From a virus (lineage: Duplodnaviria > Heunggongvirae > Uroviricota > Caudoviricetes), in IMG/VR virus record IMGVR_UViG_3300009175_000009, positions 48,524 to 112,523 of that record: 64,000 nt of DNA. One strand, given 5' to 3'. Made by a program: the position numbers and the translations under genes. Below, piece by piece: positions 56,556-64,000 of the stretch. Every line of letters starts with the position of its first letter. Position 1 is the stretch's first letter. The notes beneath the pieces are model-generated. The model worked only from the letters and a program-made list of their open reading frames with translations, searched no databases and was not told the DNA's origin.

Positions 56556-57020
56556 ATGACCATGCCTGAACGACGCAGGATGAGAACCGCCCCGAAGATG
56601 GCCGGGCCTGATCAGATATGCCGACATTTTCGCGGCATGTTAGAGGATCGTCCGTGTGCTATGGACATCGATATCAGGCGACTGATAGGCGGGGTTGACA
56701 TCGGCTGGGCACTGCGTGCACCGTGCCGGAAACTGAGCGACGCATCGGACTCAAACCGCGTGCCGTGTGATCATTTCGCTATGTTCACGCGGGCCGAGGG
56801 CCGAGCCAGGAACATCGAACTAATCCGTATTCTCGAACGTCATGCTATGGCCGCCGATACCGTGGATGCCTTCAGGAGCCGCCACAAACGCCAGAACGCT
56901 CAGGAGACCGTAGATTGCCCGACTGGCTGCGGCGGGCGGCTGACGCTATCGATAGCGGCTATCAACGGGCATTGCTGGGGACGATGTAGCACGCCGGGGT
57001 GTCTGGCATGGATGGAGTAA
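56556..57020 (+). CDS. hypothetical Cys-rich protein; N-terminal MTMPERRRMRT tag
   Basis: ORF. Confidence 0.45.
   Translation: MTMPERRRMRTAPKMAGPDQICRHFRGMLEDRPCAMDIDIRRLIGGVDIGWALRAPCRKLSDASDSNRVPCDHFAMFTRAEGRARNIELIRILERHAMAADTVDAFRSRHKRQNAQETVDCPTGCGGRLTLSIAAINGHCWGRCSTPGCLAWME
56999..57006 (+). promoter_or_regulatory. GTGTCTGG + CATGGATGGAG motif
   Basis: 18 nt before ATG 57025. Confidence 0.4.
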
Positions 57021-57024
57021 AATC

Positions 57025-57777
57025 ATGACGCAAGACGAACGACGAACGCTGGACAGACTGCTGGGGAATTACAACCAAGCCCGACGCAACCATGCGTCGT
57101 CTGAGGAGTATCATGAACTGGTCAACTTCGTCGCCCGCATCACCCAGCATCGCGATGCTCTGAAGGAAGCGGGCGAAGCTGTGATCAGACATTCAAGTCC
57201 TGATCCGTCGTCACCATCGGGATGGAGCAGTTGTATGATCAACTCTTTGCATTGTCTACGGTGGGCTGTGCAGAGCGCAACGCCGCGGCCTGAGCCGCCC
57301 GAACTGCGAGACCCGCCGCAGGGCCGCACCCTGATGGACGTGTTCGCTGGTACGGGCCTGGATACGGCACTGAATGGTGCGTTTGAAGCGATGGAGCCGT
57401 TCCGCGACGCGATGGATCGGCACCGCTATACAGCGGCCCCAATGCATGATTCGGTGGTCGCGGTCATTCCAAGCGTCCACAACGGCGGTAGTATTGAAGA
57501 CGCCCTCGATCTTCGCTACGTCGTACCAACTGGGCCGACGTGTGAGCCGCGCAACCCCAATACGCCGCGAGCCCGAGATATCACCGAGGAGATGCGTGAG
57601 TTAGAACAGCGAGTGATGCGTGCGATGCAGATACCGCCCGCCGTTTTTGCCAGCATTCGGCAAATCGACCAAGAGCCGTGCATTCCCAATCTGCGTGACC
57701 CGCCTGGTGCGACTGCTCCGCAGTTACGCCCGAAGCGACGACGCATCCAGAATCTGCCCAACGGTGGTGAACTGTGA
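57025..57777 (+). CDS. hypothetical protein; C-terminal …KRRRIQNLPNGGEL tag
   Basis: GTGTCTGG…GGAG upstream. Confidence 0.5.
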   Translation: MTQDERRTLDRLLGNYNQARRNHASSEEYHELVNFVARITQHRDALKEAGEAVIRHSSPDPSSPSGWSSCMINSLHCLRWAVQSATPRPEPPELRDPPQGRTLMDVFAGTGLDTALNGAFEAMEPFRDAMDRHRYTAAPMHDSVVAVIPSVHNGGSIEDALDLRYVVPTGPTCEPRNPNTPRARDITEEMRELEQRVMRAMQIPPAVFASIRQIDQEPCIPNLRDPPGATAPQLRPKRRRIQNLPNGGEL

Positions 57778-58016
57778 CCGTTATGTGGTTCGTTTTTATC
57801 GCCGCCGCGTTCATCAACCTGGCATGTGCGTGGCAGTTGATCAAAGCGTGCAAACAACTGCGACGCGTAATCGGTTACCATCTGCGAATGATCAGGAACA
57901 TTTGTGCTATGCAGATCGCAAGCGAACTGCGGGATGCCGAAAGCGTGGAACACTTTCATAGGCAGTACCGCGACGTGGCGTTAGAGTATGATCTTTGGAT
58001 GAAAGATCTGAAATAA
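57774..58016 (+). CDS. small membrane protein
   Basis: TM VMWFVFIAAAFINLACAW. Confidence 0.4.
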   Translation: MTVMWFVFIAAAFINLACAWQLIKACKQLRRVIGYHLRMIRNICAMQIASELRDAESVEHFHRQYRDVALEYDLWMKDLK

Positions 58017-58165
58017 CCGCTAACTTGTATTGACGCAGTCCGGTCCCGATGTAAGATCGATGGTTATGGATGCTGCGTTTTTATCTGTGGGTTGCCTGGC
58101 TGCCGCACGCGGTAGCGATCTACGGCGACCGGAACGCAGCCGGTAATTCAACTGGTAGGACGATA

Positions 58166-58564
58166 ATGAGTATCAATCGAAGGCGTATCACTTCCGACCC
58201 GAATACGAAGCAGGATCCGCCGGCGTTGCCCACCGAAGCAGCAACGTCGACATCATCGGGCAGGGATCCGGTGTCGGGCAAGTTTCTCAGAGGTAATCGG
58301 TGCAGTGGCGGCAATCCGTATGTGCGCGAGCAGAACCGCATCCAGGCGGCTATCCGAGCCCAGATGACGGATGAAGTTCTGGAGGGCTTCGTGGCCGACT
58401 GGATCCGTCATGCCCGCAGTGGCAAGAGCATGTACCTGCTCAGCCTCATGGAACGCATGTGCGGCAGGGTTGCCGACTTTGCTACCGAGGAGCGAGTCCG
58501 CGATCTGGAGGCCGAACTGGAACGCCTGGTTGCGGCCCGCAACGAGGCTCAGGACGGTTTCTGA
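58166..58564 (+). CDS. hypothetical protein (N-terminal MSINRRRITSDP)
   Basis: ATG 58166 after GGTAGGA. Confidence 0.4.
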   Translation: MSINRRRITSDPNTKQDPPALPTEAATSTSSGRDPVSGKFLRGNRCSGGNPYVREQNRIQAAIRAQMTDEVLEGFVADWIRHARSGKSMYLLSLMERMCGRVADFATEERVRDLEAELERLVAARNEAQDGF

Positions 58565-58651
58565 TAGCAGGCTATAATGGGCGGTATCGAAACCACGCAC
58601 GCGACTGGCTACTTAGGCTGGAACGCACCTGAAACCCAAGGGATTTTTAAC

Positions 58652-58999
58652 ATGAGCGAAGCCCTATTCCACCATCCGCTGTTCAGCTTGGCAATGTATC
58701 GGGCGACCCACACGCAGTTGCGGGCGGGCAAGATCACGCAGCAGCAGGCCGACACGGTGCATGAAGCCCTAGCCCGGCCCATGCGGAAGAACGACAAAGG
58801 CGAGACGTGCAACCTGATCGACGTCATGCATGGTAAGGTCGCATCGATGGCCGCCGCTGATAACCTCGGCTACGGCATCGGCGAACTGATGATGGCCACG
58901 TTCAACTGGGGCAGTATCATCACTTGGATCGAGGGTCACTTGCCACAGATCCTATCGGCACTGGAAGCCCTGCTTTCGGTGTTCATACTGTTCGCGTGA
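58652..58999 (+). CDS. hypothetical protein with C-terminal TM
   Basis: ORF; start uncertain. Confidence 0.35.
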   Translation: MSEALFHHPLFSLAMYRATHTQLRAGKITQQQADTVHEALARPMRKNDKGETCNLIDVMHGKVASMAAADNLGYGIGELMMATFNWGSIITWIEGHLPQILSALEALLSVFILFA

Positions 59000-59122
59000 G
59001 GCATATCATGAAGTTGGCTTATGTTATGATCGTGGCTGCGATAGTTTCTATCATGACCTCGTGCCTTACGGTTTATGTGTTGATGCACTGCGAATCTTTT
59101 CGTCGAGTTATCAGCCCGTAAT

Positions 59123-59497
59123 TTGCGATGTGGCGGTTATTTCCTGAAAACGGTAAGATGCTGTCTGAGGCTTCGCACTAAGCCCACAAATCATCAGGAG
59201 GCGAGCCGATACACGGATCCGGAAATCAGGACGTTACGCAAGATTCTATATGCGGTGCTGGGCTTCATGGGTTTGCTCCTCGCGATCCTGTTGATCAATC
59301 TGGCCAGCGACTCGGGATACGTGCCCAGCCAGATGAAGAGTAATGCGGCAGCTATCGCCAAGAATGGCGAGTATATGAAAACCATGCAGGAAGATATCAA
59401 CGACATGAAGAAGGTACTTTCTGATCGAGGCGTGGTCATCTCGAATATGCAGAAAGAAATCGAAGAACTGAAGGGCAAGTCCACTGGAGGCAAATGA
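59123..59497 (+). CDS. TM + coiled-coil protein (holin/spanin-like?)
   Basis: TM ILYAVLGFMGLLLAILLINLA then coiled coil; start uncertain. Confidence 0.35.
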   Translation: MRCGGYFLKTVRCCLRLRTKPTNHQEASRYTDPEIRTLRKILYAVLGFMGLLLAILLINLASDSGYVPSQMKSNAAAIAKNGEYMKTMQEDINDMKKVLSDRGVVISNMQKEIEELKGKSTGGK

Positions 59498-60003
59498 TGT
59501 CGACCGACGCCAACGACGTTGAAATCAAGATGACCAGCAAACACGGCCCAAAGACCAACACCCGTTGGGAATTGTGGTTAGGACTGTTCGGATGCATCGG
59601 TGTGGTCATCGGCTATATCGAGTATCGCAACCATTGCCAGGCCGATCATGACGCGAAGCTCGTGCAGCAGACCAAGGACGAGGTCACGGTGGACAGCATG
59701 AAGACTTGGCTTACTACGGTGAGCACTCGGCAAGTCGAAACATCGGCCAAGGTGGCTGGCATCGAGTCCACTGTTACGGCCATCAAGACCGATGTCGACA
59801 AAGCCCTCGCCAAAGTCGAGGACGGCAACAAGAAGATCGACGCTGCGGCCAGTATCGCCGCGAACAACGAGAAGAAGATCGACGAGGTGCTATCGACCGT
59901 CAAGATCGTGATGTCGCGGCAGGGAACGCATAGCCCGCATCCTACGGTTCCTCTGGTTGATATCCCGCTGGCTCCGGAAATTCCGAAGGCCAACAAGCCC
60001 TAA
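59494..60003 (+). CDS. TM + coiled-coil protein
   Basis: TM WELWLGLFGCIGVVIGYI then helical region. Confidence 0.45.
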   Translation: MMSTDANDVEIKMTSKHGPKTNTRWELWLGLFGCIGVVIGYIEYRNHCQADHDAKLVQQTKDEVTVDSMKTWLTTVSTRQVETSAKVAGIESTVTAIKTDVDKALAKVEDGNKKIDAAASIAANNEKKIDEVLSTVKIVMSRQGTHSPHPTVPLVDIPLAPEIPKANKP

Positions 60004-60016
60004 CGGAGATCATATT

Positions 60017-60619
60017 ATGATCCGCGAGAACAGTATCGTTCGTGATCGTGCCGGCGACGGTACTATGCTGCGAGTCGAAGGCTATCGCGGAGTCGACTGT
60101 ATGGTATGCTCGTGGCCCGCCTGGTTCCCAGAGAAGAAGGCCGTGTTCATTCGGGAGAATCTCGAAGAAGTGCCGGTTCTGGAGCAACTCGACGAGGCGT
60201 CCCGCCAGCACAAAGACGCGGGCCGCTGGATGTCGTGCGACCTGCTACGCGACGCCCGCAATATCATCGAGCATCTCGTCGAGCCGCCTTTTGTAAGCGA
60301 ACAACAGCCCAAGCCCACGGCCCTGGCTCGCATACACGGCTTTCTAGCGGGCCTGCTGGCCTTCGGTGGGCATAAGCACCAACAGGCCGCCTGCCGGGCC
60401 AAGGGCACGCGATACTACGGCGGCAGCGTGCATAGCGAGGGTAACTACCTCGATATCGAGACCCACAACGGCAAGGTCGTGTCGGCCTGGTTCCGATGCC
60501 TGACCCTGCCCTTCAAGCAGACCGAAGTTGACATCCGGCGAGCCAACGAACAAGCCACGATGTACGAAGGCAGCGTGCCCAGGATTGTGGGCATCGAGTT
60601 TCATGAAGGGAAATCATGA
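60017..60619 (+). CDS. hypothetical protein
   Basis: GGAG RBS. Confidence 0.45.
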   Translation: MIRENSIVRDRAGDGTMLRVEGYRGVDCMVCSWPAWFPEKKAVFIRENLEEVPVLEQLDEASRQHKDAGRWMSCDLLRDARNIIEHLVEPPFVSEQQPKPTALARIHGFLAGLLAFGGHKHQQAACRAKGTRYYGGSVHSEGNYLDIETHNGKVVSAWFRCLTLPFKQTEVDIRRANEQATMYEGSVPRIVGIEFHEGKS

Positions 60620-60909
60620 GGCTGAGAGAACTGAACCCGCGGTGGTGGACCTTCGCCGGCGAGACCGTACTTGTGGGCCTGACGTTCGACTGTCCCTGTT
60701 GCAGGAATATCAGGTTGGCGGTACAGTTTCATCATAAGGGACGCGAAGCCATCGACGACCAGTACATCTTGTGCCATCCGGCACGACAGGATCATACGTG
60801 GACGTTGATTGGCGACGAGGACTTTGACACGATAACCATCGAGCCGAGCATCGACGCATCGAGTGCGGGCCACGCTCATTTTCATATCACGAGAGGCGCA
60901 ATAGTATGA
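60616..60909 (+). CDS. hypothetical protein (CPCC, HAHFHITRG)
   Basis: ORF. Confidence 0.45.
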   Translation: MRLRELNPRWWTFAGETVLVGLTFDCPCCRNIRLAVQFHHKGREAIDDQYILCHPARQDHTWTLIGDEDFDTITIEPSIDASSAGHAHFHITRGAIV

Positions 60910-61469
60910 ACCACGAACTGAATTCTTTCCTGTCCCTGCGGCCTGGTCGCGAGGCCGACCTCAAACTGGCCCAGGGCGACGCTCCCGTAGATGCCGCCGC
61001 GATTCCCGAGTCGCCCGTAGTCGACCTCAAACGCGATCCCCGAAATGATCTGTTCACGGGCGAAGACGGCAAGGAGCATTGGGGCTTTCACATGATGGTG
61101 GACTGCTCCGGCTGCAACAAGAACATCGACGACGGCAAGCAGATCAAGAAGTTCATCAAGGATCTGGTCGCGGCCATCAAGATGACCGCCGTGGGCGAGC
61201 CGTTCCTGTATAACTTCGGCACGGATTCCGATGGTGGCTGGAGTGCGTTACAGCTTATCACAACCAGTAACATCTCCATGCACGGCGACAACCGCATCGG
61301 CAGCATGTACTTCGATATCTTCTCGTGCAAGCCGTATGACCAGTCGGTCGTCCTGAAGATGATCGACGAACGATTCAAGCCCAAGTTCAGGAAAGTTAAC
61401 TTCCTGTATCGGGATGCACCTCACGATGACCTGACAGGAAAGACAAATGAACTCACAGTGGGACGATGA
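60906..61469 (+). CDS. S-adenosylmethionine decarboxylase proenzyme (pyruvoyl-dependent, SpeH/SpeD-like)
   Basis: GFHMMVDCSGC…LITTSNISMHG…DIFSCKP parallels SpeH HLIVDLYGC…ESHISIHTWPE…DVFTCG. Confidence 0.65.
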   Translation: MNHELNSFLSLRPGREADLKLAQGDAPVDAAAIPESPVVDLKRDPRNDLFTGEDGKEHWGFHMMVDCSGCNKNIDDGKQIKKFIKDLVAAIKMTAVGEPFLYNFGTDSDGGWSALQLITTSNISMHGDNRIGSMYFDIFSCKPYDQSVVLKMIDERFKPKFRKVNFLYRDAPHDDLTGKTNELTVGR

Positions 61470-62148
61470 CGGATTATCCCTGACTATCTACAGTGAAGAC
61501 CGCGTCGGGCCGGTCAGGTACAAGTTCTCTGGAATTCTCGAAGAGCGCAAGTCGCCTTTTCAGATCATTAGGGTCATGGATCATGAGGCTCATGGCAAGA
61601 CCCTCATCGTGGGCGACGATGTTATGTCGGCCAACAGTGATACTGAGTATGATCGGGCTATGCTCGACCTGCTGCCCGACATGGATCACATGCGGGTCTT
61701 GATCATGGGCGGAGGCGACGGCAGCCTGGCAGCCGAGCTATGCGACCTGCCCAACGTGGCACGAGTCACATGCTGTGAGATTGATAGCGAGGTTCTCGAC
61801 GTTTGCCGGCGGCACTTTCCCATAAGCCTTAACGGCGAGGCCCACAAGCTGCACGTGAACGTAGGTGACGCGTTCCGATACTTGTACGAGAACGCCGACA
61901 AGTACGACGTTGTTTTTGATGATATGACTGTCGAGCCGACTCATGCATCCGAGGATTACAGGCTCAATCTAGCGCGGGCCTTCCGCGGCAAGTGGGTCAT
62001 ATCACAAACCGGCGAGCACAAGTCGAAGTCTGAAACCAGAATCATCAGGCTTCTCCAGGACGAGGCTACGGCGGAGTTTCACAGGTTCTGCCGCTACTGC
62101 CCATTGTTCGAGACCTTCTGGACGTTCACGAAGTACAGGCTGGCGTAA
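61447..62148 (+). CDS. speE: spermidine synthase / aminopropyltransferase
   Basis: VLIMGGGDGSLAAEL (GGGDG signature), VTCCEIDSEVLDVCRRHFP, DVVFDDMT. Confidence 0.7.
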   Translation: MNSQWDDDGLSLTIYSEDRVGPVRYKFSGILEERKSPFQIIRVMDHEAHGKTLIVGDDVMSANSDTEYDRAMLDLLPDMDHMRVLIMGGGDGSLAAELCDLPNVARVTCCEIDSEVLDVCRRHFPISLNGEAHKLHVNVGDAFRYLYENADKYDVVFDDMTVEPTHASEDYRLNLARAFRGKWVISQTGEHKSKSETRIIRLLQDEATAEFHRFCRYCPLFETFWTFTKYRLA

Positions 62149-62152
62149 TATC

Positions 62153-62401
62153 ATGGATCGTAAACTGACCATAGCCAGCTTGCCCGAAAATCCCGTAAAA
62201 CCCGAGCCGGATCCACAAGCCAATTTGAGGGCCGCTCATCTGGCCGCGAATATCGAGGCCGACACAAGGGCCTTAAAAATGATGGATATTAAAGCCGCAT
62301 CCAGCGAGGCCCAGACCAAGTTGAGAAAGGCAGTGCGAGAATTTCAACGAACCGCTTTCCTGTTGTACGATAGTATGACGAGCTTGAAGGGGCCAAAATG
62401 A
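62153..62401 (+). CDS. hypothetical protein
   Basis: ORF. Confidence 0.4.
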   Translation: MDRKLTIASLPENPVKPEPDPQANLRAAHLAANIEADTRALKMMDIKAASSEAQTKLRKAVREFQRTAFLLYDSMTSLKGPK

Positions 62402-62961
62402 ACAAACAATGGATCGAGGCCCAGAGCCATGAGAAGCATCACGGCCAGAACGCTGATGTTAGTCGCCGAAACTATGAGGTTTTCCAGTATCTCGCCATCA
62501 CAGCCGAGGACGTAGCAGACAGAACGATCCTGGAGATCGGCGGTGGAAACTTTCCGGTATGCGGCAACTTGCCGATGTTTCGCAGAGCCGTGAACGTTGA
62601 TCCGCTGTGGGTCGCGTATCATGACAAGCTGCAACGAGACGACGTCGAGATCATCCCCCTGCCGTTCGAGCAGTACGAGGCACCCTCGATTTTCGATGAA
62701 GCGTGGATCTTCAACGTGCTGCAGCATGTAGTCGATCCCAGAATGATACTAAGGAAGGCGAAGTCATGTGCAAAAGTGCTGCGAGTCTTCGAGCCGATTA
62801 ACTGGCCCACAGACAAGTTGCATTTGCACGTATTAACTGAGGCCATGTTCCACGAGGAATTCCCACAGGCCGAAATCAAGATTTACAAGGGCGGAACAAC
62901 AAGGCATTTTCACGAGAGCGATTGTATTTACTTTTCAACATCACAGGAGCCGAAATCATGA
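62398..62961 (+). CDS. class I SAM-dependent methyltransferase
   Basis: motif I ILEIGGGNF, post-II IFNVLQHVVDP. Confidence 0.6.
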   Translation: MNKQWIEAQSHEKHHGQNADVSRRNYEVFQYLAITAEDVADRTILEIGGGNFPVCGNLPMFRRAVNVDPLWVAYHDKLQRDDVEIIPLPFEQYEAPSIFDEAWIFNVLQHVVDPRMILRKAKSCAKVLRVFEPINWPTDKLHLHVLTEAMFHEEFPQAEIKIYKGGTTRHFHESDCIYFSTSQEPKS

Positions 62962-63149
62962 CCATGACCTACAACGTTGTCGCCAAGGACAAGGACAACA
63001 TGATCATCACACAGGCCAGTTACACAGAGGCCCAATTTCACGGCCTAAGTGCCATCGGCCTGTTACGCCAATTGGTCGCCAACGATAAGCCGGTCGTTGA
63101 CGCGGGCGGCAGTATCACTATTACGGCACATGAGGTAGCCAAGCCATGA
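62958..63149 (+). CDS. hypothetical small protein
   Basis: CAGGAG RBS. Confidence 0.4.
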   Translation: MTMTYNVVAKDKDNMIITQASYTEAQFHGLSAIGLLRQLVANDKPVVDAGGSITITAHEVAKP

Positions 63150-63340
63150 ACGAAGGATGGACGTGCCCGAAGTGTGGAAGGGCCAACGCCCCGTGGGTGC
63201 GGTCGTGTGCATGCGGGCCTACAGTGCAGCCTGGGCTAGGGACGTTTCCTGTTGGCCCGCCTATCCAGGACCCACGTGTGCCCAATAGGGTAACGACTGG
63301 AGACCCGCTGCCTGACCAACAACCCAAGATCATCTGTTAG
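63146..63340 (+). CDS. small zinc-ribbon protein
   Basis: CPKCGRANAPWVRSCACG. Confidence 0.4.
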   Translation: MNEGWTCPKCGRANAPWVRSCACGPTVQPGLGTFPVGPPIQDPRVPNRVTTGDPLPDQQPKIIC

Positions 63341-63772
63341 CCACGAGATCACACACGCACATGGGCACACGACGTAAGACCAACGGTAAGCGTAGACGCA
63401 GCGTGCGTTGCACGATGTGTACGTCATACAGATGGCTGGGCAACTCTAAGGGAAGATTTAAACCCAAGGACGAGCGTGAGACGCGTGACAGGACGCGTCT
63501 TCATGAAACGAACGATGAATGAAGATCATACACACGCGAACAGTAACTGTAATCTAATGGACGTGTGCAACGCAAGACATCCAGTGATCGCAGGAGATCA
63601 CGGTTGCGTCGCGTGATCGAAGACGGTGTACAGGAGTAGCGTAATGAACGCACAGCGACGTAACAAGATCTGTATAGACATGTTGCGTGGTTGTGCGTCG
63701 CGTCACACGTTGATTCAACAACAATATGATAAGGATATCATACCGAAGCAAACGGAAGTCATGGGGGCGGAT

Positions 63773-63855
63773 GTAGACAGTATCTATGTAGACAGTATCT
63801 ATGTAGACAGTATCTATGTAGACAGTATCTATGTAGACAGTATCTATGTAGACAG
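63773..63855. repeat. tandem direct repeat, 15-bp unit GTAGACAGTATCTAT x5.5
   Basis: perfect copies at 63773, 63788, 63803, 63818, 63833 plus partial copy. Confidence 0.9.
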
Positions 63856-64000
63856 GAGACGTGATGCTTCTCATGGACTGGGGGTCACGGGGACTACAGC
63901 TTTGAAAATCGGGTCGGACGCGCCAAACACAGCCGCCACTCGCTTTTCCGACCCGGCAACAGATTCAGGCCCCCGCCCCACATTTAAATCTAGAAGCACC

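Noticed and set aside
58573-58578. Perfect TATAAT hexamer (and TGGTATAAC at 17995)
   Set aside because: No matching -35 at 16-18-bp spacing; an isolated -10-like hexamer is expected by chance in 64 kb.
63773-63855. Possible CRISPR array
   Set aside because: The repeats are directly abutting, with no spacers, and the unit is only 15 bp, so this is not a CRISPR.
63554-63874. 106-aa minus-strand ORF (…YIDTVYIDTVYIDTV…)
   Set aside because: It is a translation of the 15-bp tandem repeat; no RBS, and it lies in the non-coding tail.

Overview
This 64 kb window looks like the early/middle (replication, recombination, nucleotide-metabolism and accessory) region of a large GC-rich (~59%) tailed dsDNA phage. 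Almost every gene is on the + strand, tightly packed with many ATGA/GTGA start-stop overlaps. No capsid, portal, tail or terminase gene is recognisable here. Recognisable products are listed below.

Replication and recombination:
- family-A DNA polymerase with an N-terminal family-4 UDG-like domain
- putative beta-clamp-like protein and a DnaX/RFC-like clamp loader
- gp32-like Zn SSB candidate with a hyper-repetitive acidic/Arg tail
- RecA/UvsX-like recombinase, RuvC-like resolvase, SbcD/Mre11 plus SbcC/Rad50, and an FEN-type 5'-3' exonuclease

Metabolism and modification:
- fused OMP-decarboxylase/orotate-PRTase (PyrF-PyrE)
- CsrA homolog
- two Dam-like (D12-class) N6-adenine MTases
- sigma-70 region-4 protein
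- nucleoside 2-deoxyribosyltransferase-like protein
- GDP-mannose-3,5-epimerase homolog
- AdoMet decarboxylase, spermidine synthase and SAM-MTase trio
- SPFH/band-7 protein

Mobile or selfish: six HNH/endonuclease-like genes, four of them clustered at 15.5-18.6 kb with two on the minus strand.

Secreted: several lipoproteins and secreted small proteins.

Three pieces of structure are not explained by the annotation:
- a short Arg-rich peptide tag, [P]ERRR[IM]QT, placed at the extreme N- or C-terminus of about 15 otherwise unrelated proteins, including the clamp loader, RecA-like, RuvC-like and paralogous unknowns
- a same-strand DNA motif cGTGTCTGG(+ATAGGCATAGGAG) found about 17 times immediately upstream of genes, a candidate phage promoter
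- a 15-bp x5.5 tandem repeat plus a palindrome-rich non-coding tail at the 3' end of the window, a candidate ori/pac/terminus
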